DNA of 64,000 bases from Candidatus Latescibacterota bacterium (GCA_965226795.1 CBDDDZ010000005.1:2368001-2432000); one strand, 5' to 3'; positions 36,393-47,179 are shown, numbered from the stretch's first letter. The notes: a model not told the origin generated them from the sequence alone. Translations and numbers: made by a program.

Positions 36393-36731
36393 CTATTCAC
36401 AACCCGGCCCCTTAACCTCCTGGCGCACAACCTGATCCGGAAGCAAACGGCGTACAAACCCGCGGGGATCGGCCCGATGGCCGTCGACGAGTCTCCCGAT
36501 CTCTTCCAAAACCCGCTTCCGGTCGTAGAGACCGTACCGGTAGATGTCGATGGGCCCGATCAGCTGCAGATAGAAATGGTTGCCCGCGTCGTGTTCCACC
36601 GCGCATGCGCTGGGCTTGTGTGCGATTTCCAGTTGATCTTCGAACGCGTCCGCAAATGCCGCCAGCAACAGCTCACCGTGCAGATCGGCCGGGATCTCCG
36701 GGAACCGACTCACCAGTTCCTGAACCGTCAT
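36393..36731 (-). CDS. Hypothetical protein
   Basis: Purine-rich RBS (GAGGAT/AAGG) before ATG 36731; co-oriented with neighbours; plausible composition. Confidence 0.6.
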   Translation of the reverse strand: MTVQELVSRFPEIPADLHGELLLAAFADAFEDQLEIAHKPSACAVEHDAGNHFYLQLIGPIDIYRYGLYDRKRVLEEIGRLVDGHRADPRGFVRRLLPDQVVRQEVKGPGCE

Positions 36732-37140
36732 CCTTATCCTCCTCTTCGTGATCCGTTCCTCGTTCCCGAAGTAGTTCATCGGGAATCCGTTTACGCCCCG
36801 GATAGCCTTCCGTGGGACTGTGGTAATGCGTTACTCGCGGCTCATCGCTCCGCCAGCAAAGAAGCACCTCCTCGCCGTCGATTACGCCGGGAAAATCCAC
36901 CAGGCCGAGGGTGAAGTTCGGGTCTTTATACGAACACCCGATTCCTTCCAATTCCTCGAAGAATTCATTCAACGACGCAATCAGCTTCCTTACCTCGGCA
37001 TCATCGGCCGCGGCCGGCCCCAGTTCCTCGGCAAGTTGACGTAAACGACGACCGGAAGCCTGGATGTCGGCAACAATTCGCTTCACCAGCGGCAATGTCC
37101 GGTTTGCCTCCAGGGGTGTGAAATACCTGATTTCGTTCAT
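36673..37140 (-). CDS. DUF2203 family protein
   Basis: FTPLEANRTLP, GLVDFP, LCWR-x-x-E, H...GY-x-GR. Confidence 0.85.
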   Translation of the reverse strand: MNEIRYFTPLEANRTLPLVKRIVADIQASGRRLRQLAEELGPAAADDAEVRKLIASLNEFFEELEGIGCSYKDPNFTLGLVDFPGVIDGEEVLLCWRSDEPRVTHYHSPTEGYPGRKRIPDELLRERGTDHEEEDKDDGSGTGESVPGDPGRSAR

Positions 37141-37156
37141 CGGCGCCATCCCCGTG

Positions 37157-38224
37157 TCAAGAAGTTTCACGCTTAATGCCGGTATTCACCGGGCTACGAT
37201 CCGGGCCCGCACCAGCCCCGGACACGAATTCATCCAACCGAATCAATTCGCCTCCCCTGGACGCAGAGGCATTGGCCCCCAGAACCGCGGCCAGGCTATT
37301 CAGCGCTTGTACGTAACCGTTATGCAGCCCGGAAGCGTCGCCCGAACGGATCGCATCGACAAACGCCCGTGCCTGGCTGGCGAACGGGTTGTTCCGGGCC
37401 GGCGCCTCGAAAATCGTCTCGCCGTTTTCCACGACCCTTTCGGCTGACCATTCCATGAGGGCATCGTCGCATACAACCATCACCTCCCGTTTGGATGCGT
37501 TCACATTCGTCAGCACGCGTGAGGTTGTGACACTGGCCACGACGCCGCCTTCAAATCGGTAATTCACGTCGTACACGTGGGGCAGATTGATGGGCTCGGG
37601 CCCCTCGCCGGGCTCGCGATAGAAATAAAACGCGGACACATCCGTAACGTCACCCAGGAAAAATCTGAGGAGATCCACCATATGAATCGTATTCTCGACA
37701 AACGATCCTCCGCACAGCTCGAAGCGGCTCGTCCAGTAGCGAATATGCCCCCCGCTGTAAAGCAGTTGCACAAGCGCGTGCCTCGCCCTCCGCTCCGATA
37801 TCCGATCCCGCATGTACGCCGCCGTTGCGTAATAACGGCTCATGAAGCCCACCTGAGACGGGACGCCCGACTTCCGGATTGCCTCGCTGAACCGAACCGC
37901 CTGGGCGATATCCAGAGTCTGGGGTTTCTCCACCATAACCGGGATCCCTTTTTCAACGGCGATCAACTCGGCATCCGTATGCAACGTGGGTGGAATGCAG
38001 ATGTAAACCCCGTCCAACTCCTCTTTCTCAAACATTTCGTGGTGATCCGTATATACGGCATTCGCCCCGAAAGTCCGCGCCTGCCGGGCCGCCGTTTCCT
38101 CGTCCTTGTCGCAGAACGCCTGGAACACCGCCAAACCTCTCTCCGCAAGTTCGGCCAGTGGCGGGAGGTGGGCATTTACCGTAATATGACCCAGACCGAT
38201 AAAACCCAGTCGTGCTGCGGTCAT
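37157..38224 (-). CDS. Gfo/Idh/MocA family oxidoreductase
   Basis: GFIGLG, EKP, HMVD. Confidence 0.9.
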   Translation of the reverse strand: MTAARLGFIGLGHITVNAHLPPLAELAERGLAVFQAFCDKDEETAARQARTFGANAVYTDHHEMFEKEELDGVYICIPPTLHTDAELIAVEKGIPVMVEKPQTLDIAQAVRFSEAIRKSGVPSQVGFMSRYYATAAYMRDRISERRARHALVQLLYSGGHIRYWTSRFELCGGSFVENTIHMVDLLRFFLGDVTDVSAFYFYREPGEGPEPINLPHVYDVNYRFEGGVVASVTTSRVLTNVNASKREVMVVCDDALMEWSAERVVENGETIFEAPARNNPFASQARAFVDAIRSGDASGLHNGYVQALNSLAAVLGANASASRGGELIRLDEFVSGAGAGPDRSPVNTGIKRETS

Positions 38225-38225
38225 G

Positions 38226-39122
38226 CTAAGCCTCCTCGATCTGCCGGACCCGGTCCGGGGGGAGGTGCTCGCCGTCCGAAACCGATGCACACATTTCCAG
38301 CTCCTCCACGTTGGATGCCCCGCAGAGCAGCATCGTCACCCGCGGGTCCGTAAGCAGGTACCGAAGCGCTACATTTACCAGACCCTGCGGCTCGTCCGCC
38401 AGTAAAACCTCCACACGGCGCAGTCTGGCGTGCAACTCGGGAAATCGTCCATTTGCAATAAACCTGTCGCGCTTGGAACCCAACAGACCTCCGTGCAGGG
38501 GAGACGCGGCGATCACCGCCACATTCTCCGCTGCCGCGACAGGTACCAGAATTTCCTTGGCTTCCTGTGTCAGCAGATCGTACTTGCAAAACGTGATCAC
38601 GGATACGAATTCATCGGTCTCTTTCAGGATTTCGCTCATCAATGACAGGTCAGACCCGGTCAATCCAATGTGTTGCGCGAGCCCTTGCGAACGAATATCC
38701 AACAGCGTCTCCAGCGTGCGTTCCCTTCCGAAGATACCTTCCCAGGCGGCCTGCTCCGCTTCATGCACCTGGAGCAGATCCACCCGATCCCGTCGCAGTC
38801 GTTTCAGACTGGCGTCGAATCCGCGCCAGATCGCGTCCCTCGTATAGTCGAAAGGTTCCGGATAATAACCGACCTTGGTCGCCAGATAGTACGGTTCCGT
38901 CACACCCTCCAGGGCATGCCCCAACAGTTCTTCGCTTCGGCCCTTTCCGTACAAGGGCGCCGTATCGAAATAATTCACGCCCAACTCGAGCGCCCGATCG
39001 ACCATCTTTACCCCGTGAGCGTCGGGCAGCAATCCCTCCTCAGGCCGGCCGTAAAACCACGCACCACCCATCCCCACCTCGCTGACCAGCCAGTCCGTCT
39101 TGCCAAAACGCCGGTATTGCAT
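38226..39122 (-). CDS. Aldo/keto reductase
   Basis: DTAPLYG, ATKVG, SLKRL-x-x-DRVDLLQVH. Confidence 0.92.
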   Translation of the reverse strand: MQYRRFGKTDWLVSEVGMGGAWFYGRPEEGLLPDAHGVKMVDRALELGVNYFDTAPLYGKGRSEELLGHALEGVTEPYYLATKVGYYPEPFDYTRDAIWRGFDASLKRLRRDRVDLLQVHEAEQAAWEGIFGRERTLETLLDIRSQGLAQHIGLTGSDLSLMSEILKETDEFVSVITFCKYDLLTQEAKEILVPVAAAENVAVIAASPLHGGLLGSKRDRFIANGRFPELHARLRRVEVLLADEPQGLVNVALRYLLTDPRVTMLLCGASNVEELEMCASVSDGEHLPPDRVRQIEEA

Positions 39123-39321
39123 CCAGGTCCCGTCCTATCCGGATCCAACGCACACGGGCCAAATCGAGATCATACCATTTGAGTCACTCGCCGTCTTCTT
39201 CTCTGACATCCGTGCGTCCATCAAGATAAGCCGGGGCTCCGACCCTTATCCGACCGCCGATTGCCTGTGTGCCGGTTCCCGAATCCGGAAATCGATTCGG
39301 CGAGTCCATCACTCGGCTTTC

Positions 39322-40005
39322 TCATCGAACGCCACGATAGAGACGGCTCAACCGTTTGTCGGAAACCGAACACAGGTGCAGGATTCGTATAATCCACATC
39401 CGGATCACCGTCGGTACAACACCCCATCGCCGCCATCGCCGGGTGGAAGTGCAGACGCTGCCGTCCAGCAATACGAAACAGCCCAGTTTCCGTACCGCCG
39501 CGCAGAACTCCGAATCCTCGAAAAGCTCCACGTCCGGAAACCCGGCCACCCGTTCAAAAATGGAGCGAAGAACGTAGATTCCCTGATCTCCGTAAGTGAT
39601 GCCCAGATATCTTGAACGCATAGTGCTAAGTGAGGCGATCGCCCGAAACATCCACGTATCCTCGGAAAGCCCCAGCCGGAATCGTCCACCTACCACACCC
39701 GGATCCTCGAACGATTCCAGGATCATCCCGATGCCGCCTTCCGGCAGAAACGTATCGGCATGCAGAAACAGCAGCACCTCCCCCAAGGCCGAACTCGCCC
39801 CGTGATTCATCTGTACGGAACGGCCGGACCTCGGCGACATCACCAGCCGCGCTATTCCGGTTGCCCGGATTCGCTCCTGCGTACCGTCGCGACTGCCGCC
39901 GTCGACCACAATCACTTCGACATCCCGTTGTTCGCGGAACTGCGCCAGGCAACCGTCTATGGCTTCCGCCTCATTGACAACAGGAATAATTACACTGACT
40001 TGCAA
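39322..40005 (-). CDS. GT2 glycosyltransferase (TIGR04283-like)
   Basis: VVDGGSRD, QMNHGA, FLHADT, YGDQG, FED, TSTRRW. Confidence 0.88.
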   Translation of the reverse strand: MQVSVIIPVVNEAEAIDGCLAQFREQRDVEVIVVDGGSRDGTQERIRATGIARLVMSPRSGRSVQMNHGASSALGEVLLFLHADTFLPEGGIGMILESFEDPGVVGGRFRLGLSEDTWMFRAIASLSTMRSRYLGITYGDQGIYVLRSIFERVAGFPDVELFEDSEFCAAVRKLGCFVLLDGSVCTSTRRWRRWGVVPTVIRMWIIRILHLCSVSDKRLSRLYRGVR

Positions 40006-40038
40006 CGTCCTCTCGTGGAAAGAAGAGAACCTGCCGTA

Positions 40039-40608
40039 CTAGGCCTTCCGCCTTAAAAATCTGCGCGCGTAGCTTACCGTCGAAACCAGCAGGAGTACGG
40101 CCGACAGGTACAGAAAAGGATCCTTCAGCGGCTCGGCATCCATCGCATAGGCAATCAGCAATACACTCATCGCACAGGTGGTCAGCTTGCCCCAGATGTT
40201 CGAAGAATACACGATCCGTTCCCGCTTTACTAAGAATACACCGGTCAGCACAATCAAGACATCTCGCCCGACAACCACCACAACCACCCAAAGCGGCAAT
40301 TCCTTTACAAGCGCCAGCACGATCGCGATCGCATCGATCGCCACCTTATCGGCAAGCGGGTCCAGGATCTTTCCCCAGTACGTAACAACCCCCCAGCACC
40401 TTGCGAGATATCCGTCCAGAATATCGGTTATAATCATCAAGATGACAACCGAGAACAGATACCACTTCCACGCCGGCCCCATCCATATCATCCAGAGCAC
40501 GGGCCCGGTCAACGCGGCACGGAGCAAACTCAGCCCGTTTGAAATCGTCCAGAATGGATTGGCCGAACGATCCTCGCATGGCGTGGCATGGCAGGCGGCT
40601 TCGTTCAT
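40039..40608 (-). CDS. CDP-alcohol phosphatidyltransferase (PgsA-like)
   Basis: DILDGYLAR...GKILDPLADK. Confidence 0.92.
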   Translation of the reverse strand: MNEAACHATPCEDRSANPFWTISNGLSLLRAALTGPVLWMIWMGPAWKWYLFSVVILMIITDILDGYLARCWGVVTYWGKILDPLADKVAIDAIAIVLALVKELPLWVVVVVVGRDVLIVLTGVFLVKRERIVYSSNIWGKLTTCAMSVLLIAYAMDAEPLKDPFLYLSAVLLLVSTVSYARRFLRRKA

Positions 40609-41264
40609 TGATCTGCCTGTTCAAGGGGCAAGAGCACCACACAGCCCATATTCGCCAATTCACAAAAGGCGTTCCGGGCAGGCCCCCACGTGGTTAGATG
40701 ATAACTTCCGTCTGGCAACTTCTGACTTCGTGTGAAATTCGCGAAAACGCACGCCGTTCCTTCGTGCTGCGCCCCGCTGACGTCCGGTACGCCGGCCCAC
40801 GGAATGGCCAGCTGTGCGCACCAGCGCCCATTTGCATCCACCTCTGAAGCCGACCACACCAGCCCCGGCACGTCGTATTCGGCCATCTTCCGCCAATCGG
40901 TCTCCCCCTCGTCCGGGAAATACAGATCCAGTACCGCGCCACGGGGGTTCACCTCAATTTCGTAGTAACCGCCTCCCGCTCGAAGGAAGACCTCTACCGC
41001 ACATTCGTTGAAAAGATCCTGATCCCGCTGCCGCATCGTCACGGGAACGGGAGATGGATCGGATACAATACATACGTATAGGGCCTCCTCGTCCCAAAGC
41101 GCCGCAGCTTCCAGAAAATAACCGGGCGGGTCGGCTTCCGTACCGAGCAAATGGAATGCCCGGTTGACTTTGTCGGCCGACTCCCACACCGTCCCGGGAA
41201 TCTTCCCGTCCAGCGGCGGCGGGTCGGGGACATTTCTGCAGCAGTACACAGGTCGCTCTCTCAT
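40605..41264 (-). CDS. CBM9-like sugar-binding domain protein
   Basis: PPLDG, LWDEEALYV, VEVF, YYEIEVNP, W...IPW. Confidence 0.75.
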   Translation of the reverse strand: MRERPVYCCRNVPDPPPLDGKIPGTVWESADKVNRAFHLLGTEADPPGYFLEAAALWDEEALYVCIVSDPSPVPVTMRQRDQDLFNECAVEVFLRAGGGYYEIEVNPRGAVLDLYFPDEGETDWRKMAEYDVPGLVWSASEVDANGRWCAQLAIPWAGVPDVSGAQHEGTACVFANFTRSQKLPDGSYHLTTWGPARNAFCELANMGCVVLLPLEQADQ

Positions 41265-41369
41265 CGCCGATCCCTTCCTCGAGGCGAACATTCGAACCAT
41301 CACCAGTACAGACCGTGGTATGTCCCGACCGCATCGGTGCGGACACCGGCGGTGGACGCCGCTTCCAAT

Positions 41370-42110
41370 TTAATCCCGTCTGACGGGGACCCTGTTCCCG
41401 CCAGTTTGCGATATTGCAACCAGATGTTCGAAAATGCCGTCCCACACCGTGCCTGGCAACGCTTCCGGGTGAAACTGAACGCCAATAATGCGTCCATCTT
41501 CCGTCTCGATCCCTTCAATCAACCCGTCCTCGCTTACCGCATTCACGCGGAGCCCCATCCCCGGCCCTTTTATGGCCTGAATATGGGAACTATTCACCTC
41601 GACGGGGACACCCGGCCGGCCGGTCAGGCGGGCAAGCCAGGTATCCGCCCGCGTCCGCACGAGGTGCCGCACCGGACGTTCTTCCGACCGCCTGGGCGAG
41701 TGGGCGCACTTGCCGAGTTGGGCCTGCAGATCCCCATAAATCGCACCATCGAATTGGGCATTGATGAACTGCATCCCGTAACAAATGCCCAGCATCGGGA
41801 GATCCCGTTCTTGTGCGCCCTGGAAGACCCACCCGTCCGCACGGCCGCGGGTCGAGTCCACAGGCGGCAAATCCTCGGGCAGAGCGCCGATGAGCCCGTC
41901 CGTGATCCCCGGACCGCCCGTAATGATCAGACCATCGATCCGGTCGAGCACCGGCGCCAGCGCATCTCTGTGTTCGACCATCGGCAGAATCACCGGACAT
42001 CCGCCGGCGCGCTCCACCGAACGAATATATGCGCGGCTCACCACCTGCCGGGAATCCCCGCCTTCGTGTGTTTGAACGCTCGTGGTGATGCCAATTACGG
42101 GCCTGGACAT
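41370..42110 (-). CDS. Peptidase C26 / gamma-glutamyl-GABA hydrolase family
   Basis: LGICYGMQ, VNSSH, GVQFHPE. Confidence 0.9.
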   Translation of the reverse strand: MSRPVIGITTSVQTHEGGDSRQVVSRAYIRSVERAGGCPVILPMVEHRDALAPVLDRIDGLIITGGPGITDGLIGALPEDLPPVDSTRGRADGWVFQGAQERDLPMLGICYGMQFINAQFDGAIYGDLQAQLGKCAHSPRRSEERPVRHLVRTRADTWLARLTGRPGVPVEVNSSHIQAIKGPGMGLRVNAVSEDGLIEGIETEDGRIIGVQFHPEALPGTVWDGIFEHLVAISQTGGNRVPVRRD

Positions 42111-42154
42111 ACGTCCCCCCCCGCCGTTTGAAGCACCAGGCGCCCGCCACAATT

Positions 42155-42871
42155 TTACGACATCATCAACCTGGCGCCGATCACAAGAACCAGTGTCAGA
42201 ATTGCCCTGTTGAACCACACGACCGGCAAGCGGCGGTTCATGAGAATGCCGACCCCCACGCCCGCGGCAAGCGTCGGGAGCATCCATAGATCCATTAGCC
42301 AGACTTCGGGACCCAGCAGACCCAGATTCGCATAGGCCGGCGATTTCATCGTATTCAGAACGAGCCCGACCACCACCGCCGTGGACACAAATACCCGGAC
42401 GCTCAACCCCTGTGGCATCAGGTAGAGCATAAGGATAATGCCTCCCGAATGGGTAAGCACCGAGACGACACCCAGCGCCACGCCGGCGGCGACTCCCGAG
42501 ACGGGCGGCACTTTCGGCAGACGGTCTTTAAAGGCCTGCAGCAACCCGAATGCGCAAGCCAGTCCGCCAAGCATCCGCCGGAACCAGAGTTCCGGAATCG
42601 CATCCAGCAATACCCAGCCAACCAGCACCCCCACTGCCATTCCGGGAATCAGGGCGAAGACGAATCTCCCAACCCGGTATTTCCAGTAATACTTTATAGC
42701 GATCAAATCCGCGGCGAGCGATAGCGGAAGCATGACACCCAGCGCCAGTTTGGCCGGCATCACAAGCGCCAGGAGCGGCGTCACGACCACACCCACGCCG
42801 CCGCCGAAACCCGCCTTCATAACGCCAATGAGCAGGCCCGCCAACGCCAGCACCAGATGCGTAATGTCCAA
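42155..42871 (-). CDS. TauE/SafE family exporter
   Basis: KAGFGGG, H-x-GG, about 8 TM helices. Confidence 0.85.
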   Translation of the reverse strand: MDITHLVLALAGLLIGVMKAGFGGGVGVVVTPLLALVMPAKLALGVMLPLSLAADLIAIKYYWKYRVGRFVFALIPGMAVGVLVGWVLLDAIPELWFRRMLGGLACAFGLLQAFKDRLPKVPPVSGVAAGVALGVVSVLTHSGGIILMLYLMPQGLSVRVFVSTAVVVGLVLNTMKSPAYANLGLLGPEVWLMDLWMLPTLAAGVGVGILMNRRLPVVWFNRAILTLVLVIGARLMMS

Positions 42872-43232
42872 ACGGCCCCCTGTATTTGCCGGAACCGGGC
42901 CAGCTGTCCTCCGCGCCGGCAGGCGACTGTCGGCCGCCTCTTTACTCCACGTCTGATGTCTCCGGAGCCCCGGTTCAATCCGTCCCGATTCATAGAGATT
43001 TCAAGTATAACAAACCGGGGTCCCTGTGAAAAGACAAAATCGAGCCTCATTTCCCGGTTACGCAGCCCTTGACAGCCTGCATCCATCTGTATATGTTTGG
43101 CCCGGAACGAACGTATTCAACCGCGATGGGGAGTCGAGACCACCGCAAAAACGATCGACGACACACCACATATCGAAACCCGTAAGCACGACGCCCTCCG
43201 TCTTAAATTCCCGGCGTCCAGGATTCCATACG

Positions 43233-43781
43233 ATGGCGAAAGCATGGAAACACCTTCTCAGATTCCGTTGCACGGGTTGCGGTAACTGTTGCAGGGAACC
43301 CATCGCACTGGTGACGGACGAAGATATCCGGCGCATTGTGCGATATACGGGCAGGGACGCCGCCGATATCGTTGAATTCTATTCACCCGGTGAAATTGAA
43401 TGGGGCGTCTCGAATCCGGGATGGATCAGGCTTGAAGACGAACACCGCATCATGGGCTTGAGCCGGAATGAAGACGGATGCCGATTTCTTGGAAAGGACG
43501 ACCTCTGCACCATCTATGAATTTCGCCCGGTAACCTGTCGTCGTTATCCCTTCAACGTCGAATTCGACGCGCTTGGCGGGATCGAATTTCTCAGCATCAG
43601 CGATGCGGCTGAATGCCCGTACGAACTCGACGGCCGGAACTCGCTCAAACAAATCAAGGCCGTGTGCGATTGGGAGGAAAAAGAGGAGCAGTGTTATTAT
43701 GAGCGGGTCGAATCCTGGAACACGAAGGGAAAGGCAGGCGGAGAACGTAAGTTTCTGAAATATCTCGGGTTTGAGAAATAG
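43233..43781 (+). CDS. YkgJ family cysteine-cluster protein
   Basis: CTGCGNCC, CRFL...CTIYEFRPVTCRRYPF; TTGACA-17-TATGTT at 43069-43097. Confidence 0.88.
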   Translation: MAKAWKHLLRFRCTGCGNCCREPIALVTDEDIRRIVRYTGRDAADIVEFYSPGEIEWGVSNPGWIRLEDEHRIMGLSRNEDGCRFLGKDDLCTIYEFRPVTCRRYPFNVEFDALGGIEFLSISDAAECPYELDGRNSLKQIKAVCDWEEKEEQCYYERVESWNTKGKAGGERKFLKYLGFEK

Positions 43782-43876
43782 GTGCGGAAGTCCGGGATCC
43801 ACGCAATCTCAGCCCGGCTCACGACCGGACGACTCGCCGGTTGCCCGGTGAGGAGAAAGCCGACTTCACCCTATCG

Positions 43877-44680
43877 TCAGCGGTTATAGCCGAAAACGGC
43901 TCTTTTTATTTTTCGCAGCAGACAGAACAGCCAGCGTGCGTCCTTAATCAGCGGCAGATTAAAGTAGAGTCCGAGTCCGTATTTCCGTCGGACGGACCAG
44001 ATCGCCCGGTCGTCGGACTCCCTGCGGCTGATATTGGCACCGTGGATGCGATAGTAAAAAAGGGGTTGCGGCACGTAGAATCCACGCCCTCCCTGTCTCA
44101 AGACGACATTCAACCAGAGATCCCAATCCTGATAACGCCGCAGAGATTCGTCAAAACCGGGAAAACAACCGGCCCGCAATAACGAGGCGAGATCGACATA
44201 ATTGCCCTGTCGCAGCCGTTCCGGCTGAAAGGGTCCGGACTTCCAGACCCCCTCCCGCTCCGGATACCATGAGCCGTCCCCGTCTGTGAAATTGATGCGA
44301 TCGCAATACACAAAATCGAGGCCCGGCCGCGCGCGCGACGCCCCGTAAAGCACATCCAGAAATTCGGGCGCCATATAGTTGTCCGCGTCGAAAAAGACAA
44401 CCCATTCGGCAGTGACCTGAGTGAAGCCAAAATTGCGGGATCTGTTGCCATTCAGGAACTCAGCCCGCCGGTATTCCACCTCCGGAAACTGCCGGACGAC
44501 GGCCTCTGTCTCGTCCGTGCTGGCGTCGTCCACGACCAGAACGGACGCCGGCTTCAACACCTGCGATTCAATCGAACGCAGGCATTGTTGCAGGTAACGG
44601 CCGTAGTTGTGACAGGTGACGATAACGGCAATATTGGCCTTGCGCACTGGTTTCATGCTTACACGCCCGGTGCTCGTCAT
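43877..44680 (-). CDS. GT2 glycosyltransferase
   Basis: VDDASTD, FFDAD, QDWDLW. Confidence 0.88.
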   Translation of the reverse strand: MTSTGRVSMKPVRKANIAVIVTCHNYGRYLQQCLRSIESQVLKPASVLVVDDASTDETEAVVRQFPEVEYRRAEFLNGNRSRNFGFTQVTAEWVVFFDADNYMAPEFLDVLYGASRARPGLDFVYCDRINFTDGDGSWYPEREGVWKSGPFQPERLRQGNYVDLASLLRAGCFPGFDESLRRYQDWDLWLNVVLRQGGRGFYVPQPLFYYRIHGANISRRESDDRAIWSVRRKYGLGLYFNLPLIKDARWLFCLLRKIKRAVFGYNR

Positions 44681-45666
44681 TGGGAGGGGACCTGCCCTCT
44701 GGCCATGCGCAACAGTTCGACCTGGTATTCCAGTCCCAGCAACCCTTCGTTTCCTGAAACAACTGCCCGACGGCCCGAACCCCGCACCAACGAAACGAAG
44801 GCCTCAACCAGAATATGCAGAAAGTCGTCACAGGGTAACGACTCACCACCATGAACCAGCCGTGCGCGGTAGATCCCACCGGCATCTACGTACCCCTCCC
44901 AATCCACCATGAAGCCGTTCACGCCGAACCGGCGAGCCGGAATACCTTCGTCGATATCCCTTAACACAAGATCGACGGCGCAACGCCCGCCTCGGCTAAC
45001 GTATTCGAATCGCGCCCGATTCTCCCGCTCTTCGATTTCGCAAACCGCGGTTCCCGTATCCATCCTGCCATCAGGCAGGAATCCGATCACCAGACTCAAC
45101 GCGTGCGGGGCGACGTCCGCCCAGATTTCCTCGTAACGTTTCGGCCCCTTTCTTCCCTTCACCTCCATCTCCATCGTAATCTCAGTCACTTCGTCCCACG
45201 CCCCGCGGATCTGCTTGTAAAAGGCCCGGAAGTGTGGAATGCCGGCCGGATATTGTGCGGACACCCCCAGCAGACGGCCGGCTTCCTTCGCTTTTGCAAC
45301 GACAGCCCGTCCGTCCGCAAGAATCTCATCCAACTCTTTGTCTCTGTCCCAGCAGAACGGTTTCTCGCACAGCACGTGGGCCCCGGCGTCGAACGCGGCA
45401 ATCGCGTGCGTCTTGTGCATCGGGTAAGGGCTCGTTACCGCGACAATGTCAGGGGCCTCCTCCCGAAGCATTGCTTCCACATCCTGATACGTCCGGCCGC
45501 TGAATCCGAAGTAGGACGCCAACCGCGCGCGGGTGTGCTCACACGAGGCCTTTGACGTACCCGCAAACGCAACCACTTCACACCCCGAGAGATCGTACCA
45601 ACGGGCGTGATGCTGACCGATTCCACTGGCGCCGATGACGGCGACCCTGAGGGGATTATCGTACAT
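44677..45666 (-). CDS. Gfo/Idh/MocA family oxidoreductase
   Basis: VIGASGIG, HVLCEKP. Confidence 0.85.
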   Translation of the reverse strand: MYDNPLRVAVIGASGIGQHHARWYDLSGCEVVAFAGTSKASCEHTRARLASYFGFSGRTYQDVEAMLREEAPDIVAVTSPYPMHKTHAIAAFDAGAHVLCEKPFCWDRDKELDEILADGRAVVAKAKEAGRLLGVSAQYPAGIPHFRAFYKQIRGAWDEVTEITMEMEVKGRKGPKRYEEIWADVAPHALSLVIGFLPDGRMDTGTAVCEIEERENRARFEYVSRGGRCAVDLVLRDIDEGIPARRFGVNGFMVDWEGYVDAGGIYRARLVHGGESLPCDDFLHILVEAFVSLVRGSGRRAVVSGNEGLLGLEYQVELLRMARGQVPSQ

Positions 45667-45761
45667 AATCGCTCCTGGATAATGAATTCAACGCCGGTTT
45701 TACGTAAAATAGAAATCCTCGATATCGCTGCCAATCGTTTTTTCCTGCGCTCCACCTCAAG

Positions 45762-46323
45762 GATTCCAGCCATCTTCCGGACGCCGACCTGGCCTCCGCG
45801 GGCGGAACCGATTCCGGCGACCTGTTCAACGGTGGCAAGGCCGTCTCCAAAGGCCTCGAATTCGAACTCAAATATGACCCCGCGGCGGCGGCGCATCAAC
45901 CCTTTTCGTTGCCTATTCGCATTGCCTATACCCACACCAGCGCCCGGCTCAGGAGCAGCTTCGAGAGCGAATTCGATGCCTGGGGCACCCGTAGCCGACG
46001 GCGACGACCTCCCCTACATTCCCAAACACCAGTGTATCATGAATGTGGGTTTGACATTTGGACGGTGGGGGCTGGATCTTGGCGGCAAGTATTCCAGGAG
46101 AATGCGAACAGCTCCCGGTACAGGCGCCATACCGGACCTCAAGGGCACCGACGCCGCTTTCGTTGCCGACTTTATGGCTGAACACAAGCTCACCGACAGT
46201 GCGAAACTGTTCGGCGGCGTGCGCAACCTGACCGACAGGACCTACATCACGGCACGCCGCCCGGCATGCGTGCGACCCGGTTTGCCGCGCAGGTTGACCG
46301 GTGGCGTCAAGACCGACTTTTAA
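45762..46323 (+). pseudogene. 5'-truncated, frameshifted TonB-dependent receptor remnant (FecA-like C-terminus)
   Basis: DLFNGG...GLE...AYTHT...WGT, extra C at 45990, then VADGDDLPYIPKHQ...NLTDRTY...RPGLPR...DF-stop (terminal Phe). Confidence 0.8.
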
Positions 46324-46456
46324 CACTGCTGACCAGGTTGTATCGCGGCACTTGTCGCGGGTCGACGTACAATTCGGACGAAGCGAGCGTCGGCCCGCGA
46401 CTCATACGGATCCGTCCATAACCCGCCCGCTGCGTTCTCCTCCATCCCGACCCGGC

Positions 46457-46492
46457 GAAAAGCCATCCTGCTGACAGGCAGGATGGCTTTTC
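46457..46492. terminator. Intrinsic terminator-like hairpin
   Basis: GAAAAGCCATCCTGC-TGACAG-GCAGGATGGCTTTTC. Confidence 0.7.
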
Positions 46493-46669
46493 TGTCATGG
46501 GCCAGTAGAGGAAGCCCTTGTTTTATTTTTTGTTTTTGGTATACTTAAGTCCCTCTATTGTCGTCACGTCGCAGAAGAGATCCGCTAAGCCTCAGTGCGC
46601 AGAGGATCGCGCGATCGGGGTTTGACCCTCTTGTGCGCTTCGCTTTTTTTGTCCGCAAGGAGGACGTGG

Positions 46670-47179
46670 ATGCTTAAAGAAAATGTACAGGCAGCCCTTA
46701 ACAATCAGTTGAATTCCGAACTGTACGCCTCCTATTTTTATCTTTCAATGTCCGCCTATTTTCACGCCATCAACCTGAGTGGTTTTGCCTCCTGGATACG
46801 CACCCAGGCGCAGGAGGAATTGGTGCACGCCCTGAAGGTTTACGACTTTATCAACGATCGAGAGGGCGAGGTCGCGCTAACGACCATCGCGGAGCCCAAA
46901 CGGCAGTGGGAAAATACCCTCGCGGCGTTCGAAGATGCCTATCGACACGAGAAGGCCGTAACCGCCCAGATTTACGACCTGGTAGACCTTAGCGTTAAGG
47001 AAAGAGACCACGCCACGAACACCTTCCTGCAGTGGTTCGTGACCGAACAGGTGGAAGAAGAGGCCACCGCAAACGATATCGTCAACAAGCTGAAATTGGT
47101 TGGCAACGACGGCAATGGCCTGTTTATTCTGGACAGAGATCTGGGCACGAGAGGTCCGAAACCGAAAGAAGACGAATAG
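46670..47179 (+). CDS. ftnA: Non-heme ferritin
   Basis: E-x-YAS-x-x-YLSM, QAQEELVH, HE, FLQWFVTEQVEEE ferroxidase residues; AAGGAGG RBS. Confidence 0.95.
   Translation: MLKENVQAALNNQLNSELYASYFYLSMSAYFHAINLSGFASWIRTQAQEELVHALKVYDFINDREGEVALTTIAEPKRQWENTLAAFEDAYRHEKAVTAQIYDLVDLSVKERDHATNTFLQWFVTEQVEEEATANDIVNKLKLVGNDGNGLFILDRDLGTRGPKPKEDE

Noticed and set aside
36673..36731. 59-bp overlap between the DUF2203 gene and the next ORF as a programmed frameshift
   Set aside because: The downstream ORF has its own RBS and ATG, and no slippery site is evident; a lost stop codon is the simpler explanation.
42961..42990. GGTTCAATCC resembling a tRNA T-loop
   Set aside because: No cloverleaf or acceptor stem can be built around it.
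45678..45697. Fur-box-like GATAATGAATTC upstream of the TonB remnant
   Set aside because: Only a half-site matches, and it overlaps the RBS region of the divergent oxidoreductase.
45607..46323. 238-aa ORF as an intact gene
   Set aside because: Its N-terminal half is off-frame or antisense sequence; only the part after 45990 is receptor-like.
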